Assembly (NCBI RefSeq): GCF_000189295.2
Contig: NC_016803.1
Location: 3,450,001 to 3,482,000 of the forward strand
Direction of reading: 5' to 3'
Length of the DNA stretch: 32,000 nucleotides
Source: Pseudodesulfovibrio mercurii
GTDB taxonomy: Bacteria > Desulfobacterota > Desulfovibrionia > Desulfovibrionales > Desulfovibrionaceae
Notes under the pieces: model-generated
Database searches by the model: none
The model's input: only the letters and a program-made list of their open reading frames with translations
What the model was told of the DNA's origin: nothing
Shown: in pieces, positions 22,893 to 30,835 of the stretch
How the letters are laid out: every line of letters starts with the position of its first letter
Position numbering within the stretch: the stretch's first letter is position 1
Translations under genes and position numbers: made by a program

Positions 22893-23201
22893 ATGAGCAA
22901 CGCACTGAAGGCCGCGTTCATCTTCGTCGCACCGGGCGCCGATCCCGCGCGCAACCGCAACTGGGTCAAGACCGAGGCCGTGGAGCTCGTGGCCGTGGCC
23001 GTCAAGGACTATGCCCAGGCCGAGGCCGTGGCCCGTGAACTGGTGGAGAAGGAAGGCATCGCCGCCATCGAGCTGTGCGGCGGTTTCGGCGCGGCCGGCA
23101 CCGCGCGCATCGCCGCGGCCGTGAACGTCCCGGTGGGCGTGGTTCGTTTCGACATCCACCCCGGCCTGAACAACGTCAGCGGCGACACCCTGTTCGGCTA
23201 G
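22893..23201 (+). CDS. Small conserved-looking hypothetical protein (102 aa), last gene of the aco-like operon
   Basis: An ORF with RBS AAGGAG, 15 nt after acoX. Its composition is coding-like. I cannot confidently name a family. Confidence 0.6.
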   Translation: MSNALKAAFIFVAPGADPARNRNWVKTEAVELVAVAVKDYAQAEAVARELVEKEGIAAIELCGGFGAAGTARIAAAVNVPVGVVRFDIHPGLNNVSGDTLFG

Positions 23202-23215
23202 CCGAAACAGCGACA

Positions 23216-23255
23216 CATCCCCGGTTTGCCGCGCCAAAGGCGCAACCCGGGGATG
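23216..23255. terminator. Long GC hairpin after the aco-like operon
   Basis: CATCCCCGGTTTGC...GCAACCCGGGGATG arms with an inner GCGCC-AAA-GGCGC, 15 nt after the stop at 23201. No U-tract directly follows. Confidence 0.45.
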
Positions 23256-23281
23256 CGGGGGGTGCGAACCCCTTCCGTCGG

Positions 23282-23345
23282 AGGCGACAAATCAGCTGAA
23301 GACGCCGCGTAGCGGCCTCCTCATCTGATTTTTCGCCTTTTTGTC
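23282..23345 (+). terminator. Second hairpin, followed by a T-tract, in the convergent intergenic region
   Basis: AGGCGAcAAATCAG ... CTGATTTtTCGCCT is followed by TTTTTGTC. It lies between the aco-like operon and the convergent thioesterase gene. Confidence 0.4.
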
Positions 23346-23362
23346 GGAATGGTTCGGGGGGA

Positions 23363-23752
23363 CTAGGAACCGGCGAGCACGTGCTGTTTGGTCACGAAGC
23401 AGGTGAACGTGCCGCTGAAGACCACGTCCTCGCCGCACGAGACTTCCACCTGCACGAGATGCTTGCGCTCCTGCGGGGTCTGGTCCTGCGCCTCGGCGAC
23501 GAGCACGTCGCCCACGCGGGACGGCTTGAGGAAGCGCGTCTCGGCTGCGCCCAGGACCACGTTGGGATGGTTGACGGAGAGCATGGCCGCGTAGTCGGCC
23601 AGGCCGAAGATGAACCCGCCGTGCACCAGGCCGCTCGCGTCGGCGGCCATGTTCGGGGTGCAGGTCAGCCGCACCGTGCTGCCGCCTTCACGGATCTCGA
23701 CCGGTTCCCCGCACAGGGAGCGGTCAATGCCTTCATGCGTCTTGATATCCAT
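23363..23752 (-). CDS. PaaI-family (hotdog fold) thioesterase
   Basis: From the ATG at 23752, within ORF 23363..23980: MDIKTHEGIDRSLCGEPVEIREGGSTVRLTCTPNMAADASGLVHGGFIFGLADYAAM..., the typical PaaI/YbgC-like pattern. The upstream extension of the ORF is Arg/Pro-rich and not credible. Confidence 0.8.
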   Translation of the reverse strand: MDIKTHEGIDRSLCGEPVEIREGGSTVRLTCTPNMAADASGLVHGGFIFGLADYAAMLSVNHPNVVLGAAETRFLKPSRVGDVLVAEAQDQTPQERKHLVQVEVSCGEDVVFSGTFTCFVTKQHVLAGS

Positions 23753-23861
23753 GGTTGCCTCGGGTGCGGGCCGTGCGCCCGCCGTTTTTCGACGGCGGAC
23801 CATCGGGAGCCGGGGAAGGCGCGTGCGCCCTCCCCGGTCCCGATACAATACCGCCGTTCGG

Positions 23862-24188
23862 TTAGTCGAACAGGTCTTCCAATTCATCGAAGACGTAATG
23901 CATCTGCATGATCTTCGGCGAGCCGCCCATGGCGCAGGCCAGCAGGGCCGCCTGCATGATCTCTTCCTTGGAGGCGCCAAGGCTGGCCGCGGACTGGATA
24001 TGCAGGGAGATGCACATGTCGCACTGGGACATCACGGAACAGGCGATGTGGATCAGTTCCTGCGTCTTGTGGTCGATGGGACCAACCTGGCTGATTTCCT
24101 TGGTGAAGGCAAGGTAATTGGGGAAGACCTTACCCGCACGCTGGGTCATTTTTGCCAAAGTCATTGAAGCTTTTTCAGCTGCATCCAT
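23862..24188 (-). CDS. Carboxymuconolactone decarboxylase-family protein, AhpD-like (E-X11-C-X2-C-X3-H motif)
   Basis: 108 aa. QELIHIACSVMSQCDMCISLH matches the AhpD-like redox motif exactly. RBS AGGAGA. Confidence 0.85.
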   Translation of the reverse strand: MDAAEKASMTLAKMTQRAGKVFPNYLAFTKEISQVGPIDHKTQELIHIACSVMSQCDMCISLHIQSAASLGASKEEIMQAALLACAMGGSPKIMQMHYVFDELEDLFD

Positions 24189-24205
24189 GAGAGTTTCTCC
24201 TGGGT

Positions 24206-24234
24206 TTTAAAGTTGAGATGCAGCTATACAGCAA
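24206..24234 (-). promoter_or_regulatory. Candidate sigma-70 promoter for the CMD/thioesterase genes (TTGCTG-17 nt-TTTAAA on the minus strand)
   Basis: Hexamers with 17-nt spacing end about 18 nt upstream of the CMD ATG, just ahead of the AGGAGA RBS. Sequence match only. Confidence 0.25.
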
Positions 24235-24379
24235 GGAGTATGCCCCAGTAGTATTTCCTTGTAAAATCAATGTGTTGTTGGCGATATCGGATTGCGGTAA
24301 TGGGGAAATGGGGCCGGAGCCTGTCCCGGACGTGAACATTGATCGGATTTCGAACAAGTCCGCCCGGCCGGGACAGGTC

Positions 24380-25357
24380 TCAGAACAGGCAGTCCAGGAG
24401 CACGGGCAGGGTCACGTCGTGCAGGTATTCGTCCAGGGGCACGTCGGCCAGCCGGGCCTCGAGCTCGGAGCGCTCGTGGCGGCAGCCGAGCAGCCGCTCC
24501 TCCAGGGCGTCCACGTCGCGCACGCCGAAGTAGTCGCCGAACAGCCGCGCCTTGAGGATGCGTCCCTTCTTGACGTACAGGTTCACGTCCAGCAGGCCGC
24601 CCTCGGTGCGGGTGCGCCGGGAGAAGTTGTAGGCGGGCGAGGAGCCGAAGTTCCAGTCCCAGGTGCGGTAGCGCCTGTCGGCCAGGGTCTTGATGACGGC
24701 GGTTTCGTCGTCGCTCAGGGCCATGTCGTCGGGCGACGCGCCGCCGGAGACGAAGTCCATGAGCGCCCGGATGAAGTCCGTGACCTCCATGGCGACGGGC
24801 AGGTGGCTCGCGATGTTGGTCACCCGCGAGCGCACGCTCTTGACCGCCTTGTCGCGGTACTTTTCCGGGTCCACGCGCAGGGCCCCGGTCAGGTCGGTCA
24901 TGTCCGAGGAGAAGAGCAGGGTGCCGTGGTGCAGGATGCGGCCGCCGTGGAAGTGCTGGGCGTTGCCCGAAAACTTCTTGCCGTCGATGAGCAGGTCGTT
25001 GCGGCCGCTGAAGACGCACTCCACGCCCATGGAGCGCAGGGCCTTCTGAATGGGCACGGTGAAGCGCTCGAAGTCCAGGCCTTCCGAGGGGTTGCCGTTG
25101 TTGATGAAGGTGAAGTTGATGTTCCCGAGGTCGTGGAACACGGCCCCGCCGCCGCTCAGCCTGCGGACCACCGGGATGCCGCGCTCCCGGGTGAAGGCCT
25201 CGTCGATCTCGGCCAGGGTGTTCTGGTTCCGGCCGACGATGACCGCGGGCCGGTTGCGCCAGAGCATGAAGATTTCGTCCCCGGATTCGGTCAGCAGCCA
25301 TTCCTCGGCGGCCAAGTTGAAGGTGGGGTCGGTGGATTGGTTGTATATGTATCGCAT
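24380..25357 (-). CDS. lplA: Lipoate-protein ligase A
   Basis: Within ORF 24380..25384. The likely start is MRYIYNQSTDP, after AAGGAGA. LplA signatures are present (NLAAEEWLL, VIVGRNQN, VVRRLSGGGAVFHDLGN, GKKFSGNAQ). Confidence 0.9.
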   Translation of the reverse strand: MRYIYNQSTDPTFNLAAEEWLLTESGDEIFMLWRNRPAVIVGRNQNTLAEIDEAFTRERGIPVVRRLSGGGAVFHDLGNINFTFINNGNPSEGLDFERFTVPIQKALRSMGVECVFSGRNDLLIDGKKFSGNAQHFHGGRILHHGTLLFSSDMTDLTGALRVDPEKYRDKAVKSVRSRVTNIASHLPVAMEVTDFIRALMDFVSGGASPDDMALSDDETAVIKTLADRRYRTWDWNFGSSPAYNFSRRTRTEGGLLDVNLYVKKGRILKARLFGDYFGVRDVDALEERLLGCRHERSELEARLADVPLDEYLHDVTLPVLLDCLF

Positions 25358-25534
25358 GCTGTCTCCTTTGCCCGGGCGATGCAAAAGACGGGCCTCGGGG
25401 AGGCGGGGGATCTGGCCGGGCCGTCCGCCCTATACCCGGCTCCGGACCGCCGGGCAAGGGGCGCGCATGCCGCTGGCCTCGGACGGGCGAAGGGGGTATG
25501 ACCTTTGCACCGAGAGCGCGAAAGGAGGGAACAC

Positions 25535-26329
25535 GTGACCGATTGCATCGATATCGACCTGGTGGCCAACGCGGGCGTACTGGTCCGAGGGAACGGACTG
25601 GGGCTGCTCGTGGACGGCATGCACGATCAGGACGGGCATCCGTTCGACCGGGTGGGCGCGGGCGACATGGCCCGCATGGGCCGGGGCGAGGGCATCTTCG
25701 CGCGGCTGGACTACTTACTGTTCACCCACGAGCACCCGGACCACTTCACCCCGGAGCTGGTCCTGGACCACCTGGAACGGCGGCCGGTCAAGGGGGTTTT
25801 CCTGCCGGACGCGGCCCATGGGTCGCCCGACCTGGAACGGCTCATCGGCGTGCTCGAACGCCGGTCCGTGCCGTACTGGACCATGGGGCTCAATCCCGGA
25901 CAGGCCCGCACGGTCACGCCCGAGCCCGGCCTGACGGTCACGGCCGTGGGCACGCGGCACATGGGCAAGCAGTTCCAGGAGGTGCGCAACGACTGCCTGC
26001 TGGTCACCCTGGGGACCATGCGCCTGCTCTTCACCGGCGACGCGGACCACGTCGCGGCCTATTACGAGGAGCCGCTTAGGGACGTGCCCATCGACGCGGC
26101 CTTCGTCAACCCGATCTTCTACCACAACCCGAACGGCCAGGCGATCATCGACGACATCTTCCGGCCGCTGGAGGTGGTCATCTACCACATGCCGTCCGAG
26201 GCCCGGGACCCCTTCCACCTGGCCTTCACGGTCAAGCGGGCCATGCAGAAGTACGCCCGGCCGGACATGCCGGTCCACGTGCTCGCCGCGGCCTCTCCCC
26301 ACGTGAGCCTCTGCCCGCCCATGGAGTAG
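25535..26329 (+). CDS. MBL-fold metallo-hydrolase
   Basis: Within ORF 25505..26329. The likely start is the GTG at 25535, after AGGAGGG. It carries the HxHxDH motif (LFTHEHPDHF) and a later TGDADH. Confidence 0.75.
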   Translation: MTDCIDIDLVANAGVLVRGNGLGLLVDGMHDQDGHPFDRVGAGDMARMGRGEGIFARLDYLLFTHEHPDHFTPELVLDHLERRPVKGVFLPDAAHGSPDLERLIGVLERRSVPYWTMGLNPGQARTVTPEPGLTVTAVGTRHMGKQFQEVRNDCLLVTLGTMRLLFTGDADHVAAYYEEPLRDVPIDAAFVNPIFYHNPNGQAIIDDIFRPLEVVIYHMPSEARDPFHLAFTVKRAMQKYARPDMPVHVLAAASPHVSLCPPME

Positions 26330-26406
26330 GGCGGATTCCGTCGGGCCGCATTGCGGTCGCGGGCGAATGCGGCTACTGATGGGGGACGCGCCCCCGCGCG
26401 GCAGGC

Positions 26407-28278
26407 ATGGCCATGAACACACCCGCGTCCTCGCCCACCCCGGATTCCCGGTTGTCCGAACGCCTCAAGCGGCGGCTCTTTCTCTACGCCTCCGGGGCGC
26501 TGCTGGTCCTGGCCCTGGGCGTGGGGCTGTCCGTGGTGGCCACCCTGTTCCACCAGCTCAAGCAGGCCGAGGAGGCCGGGCTGGCGCACATCGCCGAGAC
26601 GCGCGGCCTGGCCGTGGGCGAGTGGTACCGGCGGGCGCTTGACCTGTCGCGCCAGGTGACCAGCCGGACCCGCATCCGCGAGGAGCTGGCCGCCTACAAT
26701 GCGGGCCGGCGCTCCCTGGAGGAGCTGGCCGCGTTCACCCGGCCCAAGCTCGCGGACGCCATGGACCTGTCCGGCGAGGTGGTCGGCCTGACCCGGCTGG
26801 ACCGCATGGGCCGCCCGGTGGCCTCGGTGGGCGCGCCGGTTCCGCCGAACCTGGTCGGGGACATGGCCGGGAGCGCGCCCGGGAACGCGGCCGGGCCGTC
26901 AGACGACGTGCGCTTTTCCCCGCCCGTGGTCCCGGAGGGCCGTCCGTGCATGGTCGTCGCCGCGCCCATCCTGGCCAGGACGGGGCAGCGGGTGGGCACG
27001 GACCTGGTGGTCATGGACATCGCCCGGCTCCTGGAAATCATCGAGCGCGGCCGGAACGTCCGGGGCGCGGGCACGGTCTGCCTGGGCTACGCGGCCGGGC
27101 CGGACATCCGCCTGTTCCCGGACGGGACGGGCCGCGCGGCCGCACCCACGCCGAGCCAGGCCGAGGCCTTGCGCCGGGCCGTGGCCGGGAGCGGCGGCAT
27201 CCTCACGGCCGGGGACGAGGTCACGGCCTACACCCCTGCGGGCGGCGCGGGCTGGGGGCTGACCGTGTCGGTCAACGAGCGCGAGCTGTACAACCCGCTC
27301 AGGCTGCGGCTCATCCAGCTGGCCCTGTATTCCCTGCTCATCTACGCGGTCTGCGTCATCGGGCTGTGGCGGCTGCTGCGGCCCCTGACCGGACGGCTGC
27401 TGCTCCACGCCTCGGAGCTGGAGTCCGAGGTGGACGCCAAGACCGCCACCCTCAAGTCCGAGCTGGACGCCCGGCTCAAGGCCGAGCAGGCCCTGCACCG
27501 GGCCCACCAGGAGCTGGAGGACCGCGTGCGCGAGCGCACCCGCGAACTGGCCGAGGCCAACGAGGCGCTGCAACGCATCCACCACCGGCTGGAAGGGGAG
27601 CATGAGCAGCGCAAGCTCCTGTCCCGCGACCTGATCAACCTCCTGGAGGAGGACCGCCGGGAGGTGGCCCGCGAGCTGCACGACCATACCGGCCAGCTGC
27701 TGACCACGCTGCGCCTGGACCTCCAGGCCGCCCTGGAATCCCTGGCCTCGGCCGACGGCTGCTGCAAGGGGCAGCTGGAGAGCGCGGCGGACAAGATCAC
27801 CCTGGTCCAGCGGGACATCAAGTCCATCTCCAAGGGGCTCAGGCCCGACACCCTGGAATACCTCGGTCTGGCCCAGGCCCTGGAGGCCCTGCTCGACGAG
27901 TACCGCGCGTCCACGGACCTGGACATCCATTTCTTCCACAAGGGCGTGCCCAGGCGGTTCGACGGCCAGAAGGAACTGGCCCTGTACCGGATCACCCAGG
28001 AGGCCCTGACCAACACGGTCAAGTACGCCGGGGCGCGCCAGGTGCACATCAGCCTGATCAGCCGCGACGGGCGGCTGGGGCTGACCATCGAGGACGACGG
28101 GCAGGGGTTCGACCAGGCGGCCGTGGCCGCGCGGGCCGGGACCTCGGGCAGCCTGGGGCTGACCCTGATGAAGGAGCGCATGGTCCAGCTGGAAGGGACC
28201 TTCCACATGGAATCCGCGCCGGGCCGGGGCACCCAGATCCTGGCCGAACTGGATATCGGGAGCGCAAACGATGCATAA
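26407..28278 (+). CDS. Membrane sensor histidine kinase, HisKA_3/NarX-LiaS class, with a periplasmic sensor domain of about 250 aa
   Basis: 623 aa. Two TM segments (residues about 24-47 and 303-325) flank a probable extracytoplasmic domain. A coiled coil follows, then the H-box ARELHDHTGQLLTTL and the HATPase region (LTIEDDGQGF, GLTLMKERM). Confidence 0.88.
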   Translation: MAMNTPASSPTPDSRLSERLKRRLFLYASGALLVLALGVGLSVVATLFHQLKQAEEAGLAHIAETRGLAVGEWYRRALDLSRQVTSRTRIREELAAYNAGRRSLEELAAFTRPKLADAMDLSGEVVGLTRLDRMGRPVASVGAPVPPNLVGDMAGSAPGNAAGPSDDVRFSPPVVPEGRPCMVVAAPILARTGQRVGTDLVVMDIARLLEIIERGRNVRGAGTVCLGYAAGPDIRLFPDGTGRAAAPTPSQAEALRRAVAGSGGILTAGDEVTAYTPAGGAGWGLTVSVNERELYNPLRLRLIQLALYSLLIYAVCVIGLWRLLRPLTGRLLLHASELESEVDAKTATLKSELDARLKAEQALHRAHQELEDRVRERTRELAEANEALQRIHHRLEGEHEQRKLLSRDLINLLEEDRREVARELHDHTGQLLTTLRLDLQAALESLASADGCCKGQLESAADKITLVQRDIKSISKGLRPDTLEYLGLAQALEALLDEYRASTDLDIHFFHKGVPRRFDGQKELALYRITQEALTNTVKYAGARQVHISLISRDGRLGLTIEDDGQGFDQAAVAARAGTSGSLGLTLMKERMVQLEGTFHMESAPGRGTQILAELDIGSANDA

Positions 28279-28921
28279 GAAGACCACCCTGCTCATCGTC
28301 GACGACCACCGGGTCGTCATCGCGGGCATCCGCAGCCTGCTGGCCCCGAAGGCGGACATCGAGATCGTGGGCGAGGCCACGGACGGTGCCGAGGCCGTGG
28401 CCCTGTCCCGGGAACTTGCGCCCGACATCGTCATCATGGACATCTCCATGCCCGAAATGGACGGGGTGGAGGCCACCGGGCTGATCCGCCAGGTCTCGCC
28501 GCGGACGCGGATCATCATCTACACCATGCACTCGGACCAGCGGTTCATCCTGGAGCTGTTCAAGGCGGGCATCTCGGGCCACGTACTCAAGGAGGGCCCG
28601 CCCGCCGACCTGTGCGCCGCCGTGGAGGCGGTCATGGCCGGGAAGACATACTTCACGACCATCGACCCGGCCGCGCTCCTGCGCCAGCTCTCCCCGGAGC
28701 GGTCGGGCCGGGAGGACCTCTTCGACCACCTCAGCCCGCGCGAACTGGAGGTCTTCCGGCTCCTGGCCGACGGCCTGACGGTCAAGGAGGCGGCGGCCGA
28801 ACTGCACATCAGCCCCAAGACCGTGGAGACCCACAAGTACAACCTCATGGAGAAGCTCGAGGTCGGGACCATCCCGGACCTGACCAAGCTGGCCATCCGC
28901 CACGGGCTCATCTCGGTCTGA
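28271..28921 (+). CDS. NarL/FixJ-family response regulator (receiver plus LuxR HTH)
   Basis: 216 aa. Receiver motifs are LLIVDDH and DIVIMDISMPEMDG. The LuxR HTH is LSPRELEVFRLLADGLTVKEAAAELHISPKTVETHK. It overlaps the kinase gene by 8 nt. Confidence 0.9.
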   Translation: MHKKTTLLIVDDHRVVIAGIRSLLAPKADIEIVGEATDGAEAVALSRELAPDIVIMDISMPEMDGVEATGLIRQVSPRTRIIIYTMHSDQRFILELFKAGISGHVLKEGPPADLCAAVEAVMAGKTYFTTIDPAALLRQLSPERSGREDLFDHLSPRELEVFRLLADGLTVKEAAAELHISPKTVETHKYNLMEKLEVGTIPDLTKLAIRHGLISV

Positions 28922-29113
28922 CACGCTCCCGCCACGCCCCTTAGGGAAATTCCCCACCCCGGATCGCGGGCCGCGCGCGGTCTTGCGCCGCGTTCGCTTT
29001 GCAATACACTGTAATAATGAAATAAAAAGAAAGATGTCCCAGGGGCGACCGGGTGAGGAAGGAACCGTCAAATCAGAAGGTTCCCGATTGTTCCGGTGGC
29101 GAATCCGTCGCAT

Positions 29114-29148
29114 TCTCCGGGTAAACGCGCGAAGCGCAACCGGAGGAG
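29114..29148 (+). promoter_or_regulatory. SD-sequestering helix in the 5' leader of the ttrB-like gene
   Basis: TCTCCGG (29114-29120) can pair with CCGGAGG (29140-29146), which overlaps the GGAGGAG ribosome-binding site. The helix encloses a GCGC-GAA-GCGC hairpin. A further hairpin, GGAACC-N12-GGTTCC, lies at 29061-29084. Confidence 0.35.
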
Positions 29149-29151
29149 TTC

Positions 29152-29871
29152 ATGGACAGAAGGAAATTTCTCAAGCTCGCCTGCGCCGGGGTGCCCGCTC
29201 TGGGTGCGCTCACGGCGACGGAAGTGCGTGCGGAGGGCGGCAAACCCCGGTACGCCATGGTCATCGATCTCAGGCGGTGCGTGGGCTGCCATTCGTGCTC
29301 GGTCTCCTGTTCCGTGGAGAACCGTGTGCCGGTGGGCAAGTTCCGGGCCACGGTGGGCGAGTTCGTCATCGAGGACGCCGGGATCGCCCCGACCATCGCC
29401 CCGCTGCCCAGGCTGTGCAACCACTGCGAGGAACCGGCCTGCGTGCCGGTCTGCCCGGTGCACGCCACCTACAAGGACGAGAACGGCCTGGTCCTGGTGG
29501 ACAGCGACAAGTGCCTGGCCTGCGGCTTCTGCGTCCAGGCCTGCCCCTACGACGCCCGGTACATCAACCCGGTCACCCACACCACGGACAAGTGCACCTT
29601 CTGCGTGCACCGGCTCCAGGCCGGGCTGCTGCCCGCCTGCGTGGAGAACTGCGTGGGCGGGGCGCGCATCTTCGGCGACCTGAACGACCCGCAGAGCCTG
29701 GTCGTCCGGACCCTCAGGGAGCACCAGGGCGACGTCAACGTCCTGGCCCCGGAGATGGGCACCAGGCCCAACGTCTACTACATCAATCTGAACGCCTTCC
29801 TGGAGAGCCCGGTCAACGTGGGGCTGCCCATGGCCGAAGGCGCCATGACGGCGGGAGGTGGACATGCCTAA
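29152..29871 (+). CDS. ttrB: Tat-exported 4x[4Fe-4S] subunit, TtrB/PsrB/NrfC family
   Basis: 239 aa. Twin-arginine signal MDRRKFLKLACAG...VRAEG. Four clusters are present (CVGCHSCSVSC, CNHCEEPACVPVCP, CLACGFCVQACP, CTFC...CVENC). The ttr assignment rests on the B-C-A gene order and the A-subunit sequence. Confidence 0.7.
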   Translation: MDRRKFLKLACAGVPALGALTATEVRAEGGKPRYAMVIDLRRCVGCHSCSVSCSVENRVPVGKFRATVGEFVIEDAGIAPTIAPLPRLCNHCEEPACVPVCPVHATYKDENGLVLVDSDKCLACGFCVQACPYDARYINPVTHTTDKCTFCVHRLQAGLLPACVENCVGGARIFGDLNDPQSLVVRTLREHQGDVNVLAPEMGTRPNVYYINLNAFLESPVNVGLPMAEGAMTAGGGHA

Positions 29872-30835
29872 GGTCATCGAACTGGTCAACGTGCCCCCGG
29901 CCATCACCTGGGAGGTCCTGGAGCCCCTGGCCCTGACCCTGCTCACGGCGGCGGCCTGCGCGGTCCTGCTGGGCGGCGGCCTGACCCTGGCCGGACGCGG
30001 CGCGGACGTGCGGCGCGGGCTGCTGACCACGGGCATCGCCTCGGTCATCACCGGGCTGGGCGCCCTGGCCCTGTCCCTGGGCAACCCCTTTCATCTCTAC
30101 ATGTTCATGGTCTCGCCGTCCTTCAGCTCCTGGACGACCATCGGCACCTTCCTGCTCCCGGTCTTTCTCGGCGTGTCCCTGCTGGCCCTGTACCTGGACA
30201 GCGACGGCGACGGCCGCGCCCGGCCCGTGGCCGGACTGGCGGTTTTCCTGGCCCTGGGCGTGCTGACCTACGCCTCGCGCGAGATCGGCTACCTGCCGGG
30301 CCGGGTCATGTGGCACGCCAAGGCGCTGCCTCTGGGCTTCGTCCTGGCCGGGCTGTCCGGCTCCGCCGGGCTGTCCGCGCTCCTCGGCGCGTTCAAGGGC
30401 CGGTCCATGCCCACCTGGCTCACGGCGGTCATGATCGCGGCCTCCCTGCTCTGCGCCGGGGCGGGCTTCCTGCTGACCCCGCCCGAGGGCTACGTGCTGG
30501 CCGCGCCCTCGGCCTGGACCGCGCTTTCCCTGATCGGCGCGGTCGCGGCCGTGCTCGGCCTGATCGCCCTCAAGGCCCGGGGCCTGACCGCCCTGGCCGG
30601 GCTGTTCGCCTACGGCGCGGGCCTGGGTTTCTACGTCCGGCTGATCTTCCTGGGCCAGTCCATTCCCCGCAAGTCCTTCACCGCCGTGGACGCGGGGGCC
30701 GTGGCCCATCTGGTCTCGGCCAAGTCCCTGCTGATCCTGGCGGTGAGCCTGGTCTTCCTGCTCGGCCTGGGCGCGGTCCTGGGCGGTCTTTTCAGCAACG
30801 TCGCCCTGGCAAGGAGGGAGCACTCCCATGGATAA
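29864..30835 (+). CDS. ttrC: NrfD/PsrC-type integral membrane anchor, TtrC-like
   Basis: Within ORF 29858..30835, with the ATG at 29864 after GGGAGGTGG. A polytopic hydrophobic protein of about 323 aa. It overlaps both neighbouring genes by 8 nt. Confidence 0.7.
   Translation: MPKVIELVNVPPAITWEVLEPLALTLLTAAACAVLLGGGLTLAGRGADVRRGLLTTGIASVITGLGALALSLGNPFHLYMFMVSPSFSSWTTIGTFLLPVFLGVSLLALYLDSDGDGRARPVAGLAVFLALGVLTYASREIGYLPGRVMWHAKALPLGFVLAGLSGSAGLSALLGAFKGRSMPTWLTAVMIAASLLCAGAGFLLTPPEGYVLAAPSAWTALSLIGAVAAVLGLIALKARGLTALAGLFAYGAGLGFYVRLIFLGQSIPRKSFTAVDAGAVAHLVSAKSLLILAVSLVFLLGLGAVLGGLFSNVALARREHSHG

Noticed and set aside
23753-23980. N-terminal extension of the thioesterase ORF (start at 23980).
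   Set aside because: The extension is Arg/Pro/Ala-rich and overlaps the 3' end of the CMD gene. The PaaI domain begins at the internal Met (23752).
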